A stretch of 63,613 nucleotides of DNA, filler included, from Candidatus Woesearchaeota archaeon (GTDB taxonomy: Archaea; Nanobdellota; Nanobdellia; Woesearchaeales; BM511), in NCBI GenBank assembly GCA_023266675.1. It is 4 parts of 4 records of this genome, joined end to end, with 100 filler letters (N's around TTAATTAATTAA, not from the genome) between each part and the next. Parts side by side here need not be neighbours in the genome. Positions count along the whole stretch, not along the records: positions 20,566 to 40,393 come from JAHFPP010000020.1; 3 more parts are not named here. The stretch is one strand, 5' to 3'. Positions 26,753-38,251 of the stretch are shown here, piece by piece (within the stretch, counting starts at the first letter, position 1; each line of letters starts with the position of its first letter). The notes under the pieces are model-generated. The model was not told the origin of the DNA and searched no databases. It worked only from the letters and a program-made list of their open reading frames with translations. A program made the position numbers and the translations under genes.

Positions 26753-29029
26753 ATGAAATTTATAAAAATACTACTTCCTGTCATAATACTCCTATTTATA
26801 CTCACAACTATCTATGCATGGACTGACAATCAAATAACCAGTAATACATCAATTAAAAAATCCCAGGTTAACGAGTTAAGAGCGGCTATTGATGATGCCA
26901 GACGAGATGTCGGCCTAGCCAACTATTCATGGACTGACCCAGTACTTAATACCTCAAGTTATGTCAGGGTAGCGCATTTTAACGAAACAAGAACCGCAAT
27001 TGAACAGATATATTCACGAGTAGGGGTTGGAATTCCAATTTGGAATGGAATTTTAAATTCTAGCAGTATAATAAGGATAATAGATATTGTTGGTCCGCGA
27101 GATAATCTAACTTTTATTAATAACACAATCACTTCTTATTCATGTTGTGGAAAATACGGAGGCGTTAATACCGGCAGTGCAGGTGCATGTCCCGGAACAG
27201 ATGACTCTGTATGTGGAACAATAGGATGCTCCGGGTGGTATACCTCTTCTGGAAGAACATGTTACCCTAAACAGGATTTTACTTCAAGCAGGTGTGAAGG
27301 GATAAATAATTGCAAGGATGCAAACACTGCAGATTGTGCTACACAGCCAAATGCAGGAGCGCAAATTTCCTGCGGCACGTGTACAGATTTATCAGGATGC
27401 TCAGGTACAACCCCTGGGTCATGTCCTAATATTGGAAGCGGATTAGATACTTATGGTGACTGCTCAGGAGCATATACTTGTGTAGGGCAGGCAATTTACA
27501 AAAACACCTGCAATGGTGCAGGAGCATGTGCCGCGGTTTATACTGGAACTACCTGTGCAGGCACTTGTGACAGTGCATGCAGTCCTGGAAGCGGAAGCTG
27601 TTATGATACTTCTAACGGCGCAGACCCTCTTGGACTTTGCAATGGTTATGATGGTGTTAATAATTATCGATGCAGCGGGAGTAATGTTGAGGCGTATACT
27701 GCTGATTACAGTTGTAGCGGCGCAGGCTGTGCAGAATTCAGCGGGTCATGGTCATTTGACCATAGCTGCGGCGGAGGAACGCCTTATTGTGATAGTGGTT
27801 CATGTGTGGAATGCACGTCTGACGCTCATTGTAATGATGGTAATGCTTGCACTTCAGACACGTGTAGCGGCGGTAGTTGCTCTCATGGTAACATAGCTGA
27901 TGGTACAACTGCAGGAAGTTGTACTGGTGGGGCTTCTTGTTCTGGTCAGCAACCAACCACTTTAAAGTGTAATGGTGCAGGCTCTTGTACTGCACATAAC
28001 AATGGAGCAGCTTGTTCAGGTGATTGTAATAGTGCATGTTCAGGTGGTACTTGTGTTGATACTTCAGGTGGTTCATCCGCTCCGGCATCAATTGTTGGTA
28101 CTCATGGTTGCACAGGGTCAACTAGTTATTCTTGTAACGGTCAGCAAATTGAAGATATGTCTAAATGCAGTTTAGGAGCTGATTGCATGTGGGCTGTCGG
28201 CATTGCATGCAGTGGTATTTGTAATTACTGTCAGAGTGGTGAAGGTTCATGTCATAATGTACCTAACCTAAACTCAGTTCCTGGGTGTACTGATGGTAAT
28301 GGGTGTTCTGGGCAAAATGTTCTTATGAATGCATGTGATGGATCCGGTAATTGTAATGGGAATATTGTTTGGGGAACTTGTGGTGGTGGGGAGAATGATA
28401 GATGCGGTCTTCAAATACCAGGTAATCCTGCATCATCAACGTGTATAAATTATTGTTCAGATGGTATTGATAATGATGGTGATGGATACACTGATGGACA
28501 GGATTCTAATTGTGGTGGATGTCAGCAATGCAGTTCAGGTTCATGTTGTAATACTGCAACTGGATGTTATATATCTGCCGGAACATCTTGTCGAGCTTCT
28601 GCAGGTGCTTGTGATGTAGCAGAAACTTGTTCTGGATCTAGCAGTTCTTGTCCTTCTGATTCATATTTATCTGGTAAACAGAGTTGCGGTCAATGTTATA
28701 CTTGTGATGGAAGTGGAAGCAGTTGTGTAGCTATGGATGGCGTATCTGATGGAGCTTGGTGCGGTGGAAACTGGTGTAATGGTGCAGCAGAAGTAAGAAC
28801 TAATTATTGCAGCAGTGGCTCTTGCACTTCCTATCAATCATCAGATTGTAATGATGGTAATGATTGCACAAATGACGGTTGTAGTTCTGCATCATGTACA
28901 CATTCAAATGTAGCAATATATGGACAAGCTGGAAGTTGCTCTGGTTGTAGTGGTTGCGGCGGAGATGGTTTTTGTTATGATACTACAGGTATACATCCTT
29001 TTTGTGAACATTTTGTGGGATGTTGTTAA
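26753..29029 (+). CDS. Secreted Cys/Gly/Ser-rich surface protein
   Basis: Signal peptide; CNDGNACTSDTC repeats, CSDGIDNDGDGYTD, disintegrin-like CRASAGACDVAETC. Confidence 0.8.
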   Translation: MKFIKILLPVIILLFILTTIYAWTDNQITSNTSIKKSQVNELRAAIDDARRDVGLANYSWTDPVLNTSSYVRVAHFNETRTAIEQIYSRVGVGIPIWNGILNSSSIIRIIDIVGPRDNLTFINNTITSYSCCGKYGGVNTGSAGACPGTDDSVCGTIGCSGWYTSSGRTCYPKQDFTSSRCEGINNCKDANTADCATQPNAGAQISCGTCTDLSGCSGTTPGSCPNIGSGLDTYGDCSGAYTCVGQAIYKNTCNGAGACAAVYTGTTCAGTCDSACSPGSGSCYDTSNGADPLGLCNGYDGVNNYRCSGSNVEAYTADYSCSGAGCAEFSGSWSFDHSCGGGTPYCDSGSCVECTSDAHCNDGNACTSDTCSGGSCSHGNIADGTTAGSCTGGASCSGQQPTTLKCNGAGSCTAHNNGAACSGDCNSACSGGTCVDTSGGSSAPASIVGTHGCTGSTSYSCNGQQIEDMSKCSLGADCMWAVGIACSGICNYCQSGEGSCHNVPNLNSVPGCTDGNGCSGQNVLMNACDGSGNCNGNIVWGTCGGGENDRCGLQIPGNPASSTCINYCSDGIDNDGDGYTDGQDSNCGGCQQCSSGSCCNTATGCYISAGTSCRASAGACDVAETCSGSSSSCPSDSYLSGKQSCGQCYTCDGSGSSCVAMDGVSDGAWCGGNWCNGAAEVRTNYCSSGSCTSYQSSDCNDGNDCTNDGCSSASCTHSNVAIYGQAGSCSGCSGCGGDGFCYDTTGIHPFCEHFVGCC

Positions 29030-29045
29030 AATATAACTGTAATAA

Positions 29046-29846
29046 TCATTTAATACCTGGATATTTATTTGAATTTATGCATCTTTCTCTTAAAATATCT
29101 TCTTGAATCTGATTGCACATATTAGAATCATTCATTTTTTTTGAATTATAATAATAAAAAATATCAAAACAATGATTTCTTGAATTATTATCTATTATAT
29201 TTAAACATTCAGATATATTCAAATTATTTATAACTTTATTCATAATAATGCTGTTAACGCATTGTGACTTATCTTCCTCATTTGTAAATTTATTGCAGTT
29301 AACAATTTTACCTGTTTTAACTATATTATCTATTTCTAGCAGATTAATACATTTATCTCTTGAAACGTTTTTTAAATAATCACATAATTTTAGGTTTAGC
29401 GGATTATTATAATTATATGTTCTAATCATCAGTATTTTGCATTCATCTATTCTACTGCTATTAACTAAGTTATCACATGTTTTAATTTGTATATCAATCT
29501 CTGATATGTTTATTGCAAAAGGAGCATTATCATTTTTACCAATATATTTATGAATATAAAATTCATAAGTTAAAAATGTAAAAACAGTTAAAATTAATAT
29601 GAGGGATATGATTATCTTAAATTTATTTACTGGATTTATTTCTTTAATTTGTTGTTTAGTCTGACTGTTATTTTCTTGTTTTATTTGAGTATTCTCATTT
29701 TTATTTGGTATTTGTTTATTTTCAGTAGTTTTAACTTCTTCCTGTTTAGTTGAAGAGTTTGTTTTCGGAGTTTCAAACTCTTTAAGCGAATCAACTAATT
29801 TCTTGATAGAAGGATGTTTCTTAATGCTCTTTTTTGATTTCATCAT
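29046..29846 (-). CDS. Membrane-anchored protein with Cys-pair repeats
   Basis: Single TM then repeated C-x10-11-C units. Confidence 0.65.
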   Translation of the reverse strand: MMKSKKSIKKHPSIKKLVDSLKEFETPKTNSSTKQEEVKTTENKQIPNKNENTQIKQENNSQTKQQIKEINPVNKFKIIISLILILTVFTFLTYEFYIHKYIGKNDNAPFAINISEIDIQIKTCDNLVNSSRIDECKILMIRTYNYNNPLNLKLCDYLKNVSRDKCINLLEIDNIVKTGKIVNCNKFTNEEDKSQCVNSIIMNKVINNLNISECLNIIDNNSRNHCFDIFYYYNSKKMNDSNMCNQIQEDILRERCINSNKYPGIK

Positions 29847-29974
29847 TAAACTTAAGAAATATGTCTATATAAAATTATCTTTTCAATAAACCTGTTTTCT
29901 ATAGTTGTTTTACTCTGTTTATCATCTATAAAAATCATAACATATATTAAGGGATAAACTCAAGGATGGATTGA

Positions 29975-32926
29975 ATGGGTAAAAAGGAGGAAGGTTTAGT
30001 TTTGTTAGTCTTAATTCTCTCATTAGTTATACCAATCTCAAACGCTTACCAAGGAAATTCATCTTCATATAACGTCGTGATAACTGACTTTGGAGTTGCA
30101 GGGTTTGAAGAGACAACTTCGCCAAATGAAAGCACTGAATTTTTTATGGGGCAAAATCCGGACAGCAATGGAACATCAGACAATTACAATGTAACTCTTG
30201 GTCTTCCAAAACTTTTAGGACCAATAGCATTTAACATCTCTCTATCTCCTAACATGGCAAGAAACAGTTCCATAATAAACTGTACAGGAATTAATGCATT
30301 CTCTGATAGTAAAATTGAGATGCCAAAACACCTTTACAAATTCACCGATGGCGTAAGCGTGATAAACACAGATTGGGATGAATCTGGATTACTCGACTGC
30401 TTATCTGTTGGAGGATGCAGTGAGCCAAACATAACATGCCATTTCAAGGTTGACGACAGCCACATGAATAGCACAGAAATAGTCAAAACAATAATTGTTG
30501 ATACTCACAATCCTATAATAACCTTAATATCTCCTCTAAACGATACAAACTCATACACAAATCAGACATGGACATTTTTATACAACATATCAGACGAACA
30601 CATAGTATTATCATGTAAACTTATAATCAATGACGAGACAGTACAATCCACAAATTTACCTCTGCAAAATACAACTTTAAACTTCACGTATTACCTTACA
30701 AAAGATATTTTTAAATGGAGCGTCAACTGCACAGATGAGGCGGAAAATGAAGGGCGTTCAGAAGACTGGATTTTGAAAACATACAATGAAAGCATGAACA
30801 TAGAAAACATAGGAATCACTGGCTTTGAAAACATTAGCGCAAACTATACAAACTCAAGAGAAGTCATGGTGAAAGTAAATTACTCATTCAACGCAAACAA
30901 TTGCAGGCTAAAAAATGAAAATCTAACATGGAGCAATTGGGATACATGCCAGCCTGCTATGCACTGGTTTTTGTCTGAAGGAGACGGACTCAAAACTGTT
31001 TACATGGAAATAAACCACACAGCAAACATCATCACAAATTTCTCAGACACTATAATCTTGGAATCAAACGCTTCACACCTTGACTTAACTGCGCCATCAA
31101 ACTTCACAGTTTATAATGACGCATTATACACAAATAACAATTACTCACTTCATTTCAGATGGGACGCTGCACGCGACTCAGAAGTTGAATTATTAAATCA
31201 GCAGATAACCTACACCTACACATTAAAGGATTCAAATGGGACATTCATATCAGCTCCACTAAGTACAACAAGCTTAAACATAACGCTAACAAATCTTACA
31301 ATTTATGAAAACCACACATATTCGCTTGTTGTCAACGCAACTAACCCTGCGGGACTTTCAACAATATCGGAGTCAAACGGCACAACAATAGATATAACTG
31401 CACCATCAATGCTATCAATAACAGCACTTCCGGATAATTCTTCATGGACAGCAAACAACACGATATTCTTTAACTGGACAGCATTTGATTCACTCTCAGG
31501 CGTTGCAGGGTACAGCATGATTCTTGACAATATAAATGACACGATAGCAGACAATATTCCTGAAACAGATTACACAAATAATAGGACATACCAGAATAAA
31601 ACTGACGGAAGATATTACTTCCATATAAGAGCTTATGACAATGCAGGAAATTATGGTGAAACTTTAACTTATGGTGAAATAAAAATAGATTCAACACCTC
31701 CAAGCAGACCAGTGCCAACAAACACTGTTGTCCTTGCATCTTCAACCCAGATAATATTTTATTGGACTGCGTCAACAGACAGCTTAAGCGGTGTAATGGT
31801 TTATAACTTGACAATAACTGACAATAACACCGGGGCAACTTACTCCGCAAACTCTACCGAGCCGAATTATACCTTTACATCAGCAACAATAAATGACCAA
31901 TACATAATTTCTGTTACAGCAATTGATTATGCAGGAAACTCCAATTCTTCAGAGACTGAAAGCGTATCTGCGCTTATTATAACAAGCGCAAGACCAGACA
32001 ACAATGTCTTGGTTGCACAATCGCCAATAATAAGCGTACAGACAAACAAGGTTGCAACATGCACGCAGGATTACACAAACAAAAAATTTATTTACACAGA
32101 TTCAAAATACCATGAGACAAAATTAACTGCAGAAAGCGGCTCTCATCCAATAAAAATCACATGCATAGACAAAGACGGATATTCTGCGAGTGTAACAATA
32201 AACTACGTAGTCGAGTTGTCTCCAACAATACTTGCAGGAGACATATCTATTGGCAGCATAAATGATACCTTCATCGGAAAAACAGTCAACGTTCCTTTAA
32301 TGATAAGCGGAATTTCACAGGTTAAAAAGGATGAGTTCAAAGTATACATAGACAATATTGAATTAAACGACTTCACAGTATTAAGCTCAAGCGACTTGGG
32401 TGACTACTCAATTAATTTCATAGCCAATGAAGCAGGAACTTTCACAATAAAAATATTAATCGGTGAAAATGAAAAAACTGAAACGTTCAAAGTTATACCT
32501 CTTAACCTTGCAGTTGAATACACAGGCGCAACTTTGGCATCATCAAAAAGCAATATGATATACTCTGATGTACAGGGAAAAAAAGTAGGCATAGCGTCAG
32601 ATTCAACAGATGTTGGAACGTCAGTAAGCGATGACAAGATAACACTCAATTCAAGTTCTGATGGGAAAACATACCTGTTTTTTACAAACAGCAACCTTAA
32701 CACAAATACAAAAAACAAGGAATTAACCTCAAACTCATTCCAAAAAACAACAAATTCATTCGGATATCCGCAAGACAACACTTACAGATTAAAGGCAAGC
32801 GTCACTTATGACTCATTGACAATGAATGGAATAACTGAGATTTCAAAAGGCACCCATTCACTTTTTGTAAGAAACCTTGGCCAGGATAAAAACAATAAGA
32901 CTGTGATAAGGATAGAAATTGAATAA
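29975..32926 (+). CDS. Large secreted Ig/FN3-repeat protein
   Basis: Signal peptide; DxTxP...A-D-AGN repeats; many N-glycosylation sequons. Confidence 0.8.
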   Translation: MGKKEEGLVLLVLILSLVIPISNAYQGNSSSYNVVITDFGVAGFEETTSPNESTEFFMGQNPDSNGTSDNYNVTLGLPKLLGPIAFNISLSPNMARNSSIINCTGINAFSDSKIEMPKHLYKFTDGVSVINTDWDESGLLDCLSVGGCSEPNITCHFKVDDSHMNSTEIVKTIIVDTHNPIITLISPLNDTNSYTNQTWTFLYNISDEHIVLSCKLIINDETVQSTNLPLQNTTLNFTYYLTKDIFKWSVNCTDEAENEGRSEDWILKTYNESMNIENIGITGFENISANYTNSREVMVKVNYSFNANNCRLKNENLTWSNWDTCQPAMHWFLSEGDGLKTVYMEINHTANIITNFSDTIILESNASHLDLTAPSNFTVYNDALYTNNNYSLHFRWDAARDSEVELLNQQITYTYTLKDSNGTFISAPLSTTSLNITLTNLTIYENHTYSLVVNATNPAGLSTISESNGTTIDITAPSMLSITALPDNSSWTANNTIFFNWTAFDSLSGVAGYSMILDNINDTIADNIPETDYTNNRTYQNKTDGRYYFHIRAYDNAGNYGETLTYGEIKIDSTPPSRPVPTNTVVLASSTQIIFYWTASTDSLSGVMVYNLTITDNNTGATYSANSTEPNYTFTSATINDQYIISVTAIDYAGNSNSSETESVSALIITSARPDNNVLVAQSPIISVQTNKVATCTQDYTNKKFIYTDSKYHETKLTAESGSHPIKITCIDKDGYSASVTINYVVELSPTILAGDISIGSINDTFIGKTVNVPLMISGISQVKKDEFKVYIDNIELNDFTVLSSSDLGDYSINFIANEAGTFTIKILIGENEKTETFKVIPLNLAVEYTGATLASSKSNMIYSDVQGKKVGIASDSTDVGTSVSDDKITLNSSSDGKTYLFFTNSNLNTNTKNKELTSNSFQKTTNSFGYPQDNTYRLKASVTYDSLTMNGITEISKGTHSLFVRNLGQDKNNKTVIRIEIE

Positions 32927-33052
32927 TCAACTAATACCAACACAAGAATTAATATCAAAACCAGACTTAATACCGAAACTAATTTAATATAATCAACTTT
33001 AATAAAAATCAGAAAAGAGTAAATAATTTTAAGAATAAAAAAGAGGAGAAAG

Positions 33053-35368
33053 ATGAAGAACACTAATTTCAATGAGTTTTCAAAATTTCCATTACTCTTT
33101 ATCTCTTTAGCATTATCGCTTACTATGCTCCCTACTGCATTCTCTGAAAACATTCAGATTAAAAACGTTGGCCAAATAGGTTTTAGCAGCACAAATCAGG
33201 AATTTACATCAATAAGAACTGTAATACTTGAAGTTAATTTTACAGAGAATTCTTCGTGCAGATTCAGCAATGACAACGTAACATTTGGACAGTTTGAACT
33301 TTGCGATTACCAAACATACTGGCTTTTAAGCGACGGTCCGGGTATGAAGACTGTTTACCTGGATATAAACCTTACAAATAATTCAAGATACTTGCTTTCT
33401 GACACAATATTCTACAATTATACAGGAGCAGGCCTAGACACAACGCCGCCTACAAGTGTAGTAATATTAAATGATGAGTTCTCAAATAATAACTCCTCAA
33501 TAGCATTTTCATGGAGTGATTCAATTGATGCAGAGTCCGAACTTTTAAGAATACCGATAATCTATTCCTACAGAATATTAATCAATGGTTCTGCAATAAT
33601 ACCTTGGACAAATAACGGAATAAATAAAGAGGTCGTCTATGATTTGGCATCAAACAACATAAGCCTAAACAATAACGACAATATCACACTACTTGTCAAC
33701 GCAACAAACTCAGCATCTTTAACGTCTCAAAACTCATCATCAATAATAATTGACCTTGTATCGCCAACAGGCGTGTCAGTAAGTTCAGATTTAAATCAAA
33801 CAAGCTGGCACAACCATAACTCTGTATTTTTTAATTGGTCAGCATCTGACACATTGTCAGGAATTGGAGGATACAGTTACACATTCTCAACAGATACATC
33901 AATTATGCCGGACGATGTCATTGAAGCCGATGACAGCAACAACTTTCAAAATCATGCGAATAAGACATTCACCTCACTTACAACAGGAGAATACGCTTTT
34001 AAGATAAAACCAAAAGACAACGCAGGCAATTTTGGAAACATCACCTCTTACACAGTTCTTATTGACACAACATCACCTTCAAAACCAACCATAATCTCCT
34101 CTGAAAAAATTTATGGAGCAAACACAATCAATGTTGTATGGAGCGAAAGCTATGATGAAAACTCAGGCGTAAATAATTATGTAATAGAATTATGGAATAA
34201 TTCATACTTTAATGAAACACTCATTGGAAATTATACAACGCAGGATTCCAACGCATCAAATCACGTATTTGGCGCAATTCCAGAGAATGACGGAACATAT
34301 TATGCACGAGTAAAAGCGATTGATGCAGCAGGAAATCCAAGCATATGGTCAAACCAGGAATCGAACTATGACATAACTCCGCCGTCGCTTACAATAATAA
34401 AACCAGACACACTGGTTGATACTGGAAGCTTTCCAATCATTGCTTTAACAACAAATGAGAAAGCAAAGTGCTATTACTCAAATCAGTCAGGCGGATTTTC
34501 AGAATTTCAATTTACAGACAGACTATATCATGAGACAAAACCAAATGACGGTCAAACAACATATACAATAAACTGCACTGACGAATCAGGAAACTTTGCA
34601 GATTCACAGATAAGTTTTGGATATGATTCAAACACGGTTGCAGGCGTGTCAATAACCCCAAATCCAGAAGGATATTCAGGACAAATAGTCACAATCAAAG
34701 CAGATATACTTCCGGCGAAAGGGGAGCTTCAAAAAAATAGGTTTAAACTTTTAATAAATGGAACAGAATCAGACTTTGCTGTTTTTGACAACGGAAAAGG
34801 AAAATATAACCTTAGTTTTGTTGCACCAAAAAGCGTAGGAGCATATTCACTTGAAGTTATTTCAGACAGCGCATCTTCTCAAACAACACTCACAGTAAAT
34901 CCATTGACCCTGACCGCTACATATTCAGACACGTTTAGTTCATACACTAACAGCAACATGATAACATATTATGACACATCAGGAATGCAGATAGGATTAA
35001 CATCTGATTCATCAGACGTAAGCTTAAACACAAATAACAACCTTCTTGAGATATCTTCACTATATGATGGAAAAATATATTTTTTTGCAACAACAAAGAT
35101 TCAAAACATAAACTCAAAAAACCAGATGTTAAGGGAAAAAACTTTCCTATCACAAAAGAGGGCATCATTTGGCTACACTCAAAGCGCATACAATGACATA
35201 AAAGTGACATTGAATTATCCAACTATTCTGATTAGCGGAAGTGAGACACTCAGCGTTGGCGAATATAATCTTGTTATAAAAAGAATAAGCAATTCAGAAA
35301 AAAAAGAGGTAATGGTAACAACAAAAGCCTCAAATTACAATAAGAAAGGAGTAGTCCAATATGATTAA
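33053..35368 (+). CDS. Large secreted Ig/FN3-repeat protein (paralog of upstream gene)
   Basis: Shares W-LS-G-G-KTVY, DNAGN and YHETK motifs with 29975-32926. Confidence 0.8.
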   Translation: MKNTNFNEFSKFPLLFISLALSLTMLPTAFSENIQIKNVGQIGFSSTNQEFTSIRTVILEVNFTENSSCRFSNDNVTFGQFELCDYQTYWLLSDGPGMKTVYLDINLTNNSRYLLSDTIFYNYTGAGLDTTPPTSVVILNDEFSNNNSSIAFSWSDSIDAESELLRIPIIYSYRILINGSAIIPWTNNGINKEVVYDLASNNISLNNNDNITLLVNATNSASLTSQNSSSIIIDLVSPTGVSVSSDLNQTSWHNHNSVFFNWSASDTLSGIGGYSYTFSTDTSIMPDDVIEADDSNNFQNHANKTFTSLTTGEYAFKIKPKDNAGNFGNITSYTVLIDTTSPSKPTIISSEKIYGANTINVVWSESYDENSGVNNYVIELWNNSYFNETLIGNYTTQDSNASNHVFGAIPENDGTYYARVKAIDAAGNPSIWSNQESNYDITPPSLTIIKPDTLVDTGSFPIIALTTNEKAKCYYSNQSGGFSEFQFTDRLYHETKPNDGQTTYTINCTDESGNFADSQISFGYDSNTVAGVSITPNPEGYSGQIVTIKADILPAKGELQKNRFKLLINGTESDFAVFDNGKGKYNLSFVAPKSVGAYSLEVISDSASSQTTLTVNPLTLTATYSDTFSSYTNSNMITYYDTSGMQIGLTSDSSDVSLNTNNNLLEISSLYDGKIYFFATTKIQNINSKNQMLREKTFLSQKRASFGYTQSAYNDIKVTLNYPTILISGSETLSVGEYNLVIKRISNSEKKEVMVTTKASNYNKKGVVQYD

Positions 35369-35858
35369 TTCAATCAAAAGCATATTTCAAAAAAACAAGA
35401 AGGCGCAATTTTACCTGTTTGTAGCCGTAGTATTGTGCATAATATCATACGGATTATTCTCATCATCAAGCAGCTTGAAAAAAGTTGACAGTAATGAAGG
35501 GATTATCTCATCAAATTACCTTTTTGAGGCAAAAACTGTTGTCAACAATGCGCTTTATAAAAAAACTGACCCATCTGTTGAATTAAATGAATTTACTTCA
35601 ACATTCATAAACTATGCAAAAACAAAGAACATAAACCTCCAGATTGCATATCTATTAAAAGTCAACAATTCCACGAAAGTGGTTAATTATTTAAAAGATG
35701 AACTTAATGTCACAACTTACAATAGAACATTAAAAAAATATGAAACCTTAACAATTTCACAAGTAAACATTATTACTTTAAAATACGAAGGAATGGATTA
35801 CACATATACCTTCACAAATGATACAGTTGAACTAAAAGCGCTTATTATAACTAACTAA
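35361..35858 (+). CDS. Pilin-like protein (class III signal)
   Basis: KKA/QFYLFVAVV. Confidence 0.7.
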   Translation: MINSIKSIFQKNKKAQFYLFVAVVLCIISYGLFSSSSSLKKVDSNEGIISSNYLFEAKTVVNNALYKKTDPSVELNEFTSTFINYAKTKNINLQIAYLLKVNNSTKVVNYLKDELNVTTYNRTLKKYETLTISQVNIITLKYEGMDYTYTFTNDTVELKALIITN

Positions 35859-35874
35859 CTATATTAACACTAAA

Positions 35875-36357
35875 ATGAAAAAAACAAATAATCCAAGCAG
35901 GATGCTTAAAGGTAAAAAAGCCATTGAAGCATACATCGGGTGGATATTTTTAATAGGATTTAGCATTGTAGTTTCAACCTTCATGTATTCATGGATAAAT
36001 TCGCAAGTCCAAAATTCAGTTCAGGGAATAGAGCAAAGAGCCGACACATCTGAATGCGACTCGGTCGGACTGACCTTAAACGCCATATGCCAGGATACGC
36101 AAACTTTAAATATGAATATTACAAATATTAAGCTATTAACAATAAGTGGGATGAATTTCAGATTTTTTGACCTTTATGACAATCAGGACAGCAGGTCAAT
36201 AAACATAACAATAAGTCCTGTAGATACAAAAAAGATTAATATAATAAAACAGGGAACATTAAAACAAGTTGAGATAATTCCGATAATAAAACAGAATAAT
36301 AAGATAATAACATGCAGAAAAAGCATGATAACATCAGAAAACATAAATATTTGTTAA
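35875..36357 (+). CDS. Pilin-like protein
   Basis: KKA/IEAYIGWIFLIG. Confidence 0.75.
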   Translation: MKKTNNPSRMLKGKKAIEAYIGWIFLIGFSIVVSTFMYSWINSQVQNSVQGIEQRADTSECDSVGLTLNAICQDTQTLNMNITNIKLLTISGMNFRFFDLYDNQDSRSINITISPVDTKKINIIKQGTLKQVEIIPIIKQNNKIITCRKSMITSENINIC

Positions 36358-36392
36358 ACTAACTTAAATAATCAATAAAAAGAGGTGTGTAA

Positions 36393-36914
36393 GTGATATT
36401 TAGTAGTAAAGGAGGAGTTTCCCCTATAATAGCTACGGTCTTATTAATAGCGTTTGCAGTTGCCCTTGGCGCAGTTGTTATGAATTGGGGCAAAGGATTT
36501 GTTGAAACAACAGCAAAAGACGCCCAGGACCGGTCAAGTCTTGATATGGCATGTCAGCAGAATATAGAACTAAGTGTCAAGGAAATCAGCAATACTCCAA
36601 AAATTTGCTATAACAACACTGCAACTCCCGCATATATAGAGGCAATACTTGAGAATTCAGGAACAGATGATATAACTGGAATGCAGTTTGTAATATTTGA
36701 TTCATCAGATAACATGAATATTTCTCAAAACTCAAGTGTATCAATAGTTGCCGGCGGCGTGTCAAATAAACTTCACATTGAACATAATCTGGGAGCAGGT
36801 GTAATCCAACAGATAAAATTCATCCCAATGGTCAAGCCAAGAGGTTCATCAATATCACAGTTATGCTCTAAAAACGGACTAGTAATTGATGATATCTCAG
36901 AATGCTCAAACTGA
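36393..36914 (+). CDS. Archaeal type IV pilin
   Basis: KGG/VSPIIATVLLIAFAVALG; GAGGTG RBS. Confidence 0.9.
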   Translation: MIFSSKGGVSPIIATVLLIAFAVALGAVVMNWGKGFVETTAKDAQDRSSLDMACQQNIELSVKEISNTPKICYNNTATPAYIEAILENSGTDDITGMQFVIFDSSDNMNISQNSSVSIVAGGVSNKLHIEHNLGAGVIQQIKFIPMVKPRGSSISQLCSKNGLVIDDISECSN

Positions 36915-36994
36915 CAAACTAACAGTTTAATGTGATAAAATGCTAAAAAAAGTTTTTCCTTTTTAGTATATTAAGAACAGGAGGCTTTAAATAA

Positions 36995-37414
36995 ATGCAG
37001 GACGAAAGGAAAGAAGGAATAAAAGTAAAAATATTTTTGGCAGCATTTCTCATCTTCATATGCATAATCTTGGTTGTATACACTTACAGTTTCATAAATT
37101 TAAATAATGCATACATCAAAGAGGAGTCTAAAACCTCAAATAACTGCCTTAATCTTAATTTTGACGTACTCAAAATAACAAATTCAAAAAATAATATAAT
37201 ACTTACAATAAGAAACAACCCCTTAAGCACATATGAAATTACACAAATGAATTTAAAATTAGAGAATAATACCATTACAAAAGAGATAAAAATTGCGCCA
37301 TCAAAAATAAACGAAGTATTATTTGAAAATGCGCCAGTAGATAAAGATAACATTTTCATATATCCTAATAATTGTGAAATATTCGGCAAACTAGTATATC
37401 TGCAGAAAATATAG
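36995..37414 (+). CDS. Membrane-anchored pilus-associated protein
   Basis: N-terminal TM; lies within the pilin operon. Confidence 0.55.
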   Translation: MQDERKEGIKVKIFLAAFLIFICIILVVYTYSFINLNNAYIKEESKTSNNCLNLNFDVLKITNSKNNIILTIRNNPLSTYEITQMNLKLENNTITKEIKIAPSKINEVLFENAPVDKDNIFIYPNNCEIFGKLVYLQKI

Positions 37415-37444
37415 GAAATGCAATAAAACAGCACAACATAAAAA

Positions 37445-38176
37445 ATGAAAAGATTAAACAATAAAAAAGGAGACATATGGATATCAGCGATTCTTTACAT
37501 ACTAATAATCTCGCTAGCAATAGTTCTTGTAATAAATGTTGGCGCTCCAATAATAGATAAAATGAAAGACAGCCAAAGTCTTTCAAAATCAAAGGAGACT
37601 ATGCTTACAATTGACAAAACAATAAATGAAGTTGCAAATGAAGGCGAAGGCTCACAAAGAATACTACCAATCACCATAAAAGATGGGAGGATTGTCATAG
37701 CAAACAATGAAATATCATGGGAACTTAACACTAAAACACAGGTTCTTGATGAACGCTCAGATATCCAGTTTGGAAATATGAAAGTAAGCTCTAACGCAAA
37801 CGTGGAAACAACAGATACAGATACAGATTATGTCATGCAGACAAGCATTAATGGAGATATATTCAATGTCAGCATAAAAAAGATAGGAAGCGAATCAAGC
37901 TTTTCAGACATAAACACAACAAACCTGATCGATTCAGTCTATTATAAAGGAGAAAAACTTGGAGGATCATTCAACTTCCTTGTAAATGGCGATGCGACGT
38001 CAGCAACTGGCAACGGATACACAAAAATTGACCCTGAAGGCAATAACACAGGAGTTGGACGCGCAAAAGTAACAGCGCATATAAACAGTACATCATATGA
38101 ATATGACCTTGAAATAACACTCGAAAGCTTTGCAGACTTTTTATCAGTAGAGCTAAAAAACGTGGTGGCAAAGTAA
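37445..38176 (+). CDS. Pilin-like protein
   Basis: KKG/DIWISAILYILI. Confidence 0.75.
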   Translation: MKRLNNKKGDIWISAILYILIISLAIVLVINVGAPIIDKMKDSQSLSKSKETMLTIDKTINEVANEGEGSQRILPITIKDGRIVIANNEISWELNTKTQVLDERSDIQFGNMKVSSNANVETTDTDTDYVMQTSINGDIFNVSIKKIGSESSFSDINTTNLIDSVYYKGEKLGGSFNFLVNGDATSATGNGYTKIDPEGNNTGVGRAKVTAHINSTSYEYDLEITLESFADFLSVELKNVVAK

Positions 38177-38251
38177 TCCAATAACTTACCACATAAGTAT
38201 TAAAAAACATACTTAAAAAATAAAAAATATCATATTTCAAAATGAGAAAAC

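Noticed and set aside
32927..33000. Weak ~18-nt periodicity (TAATAC/TAATAT) between the two large surface genes
   Set aside because: Too degenerate in AT-rich DNA to support a repeat call.
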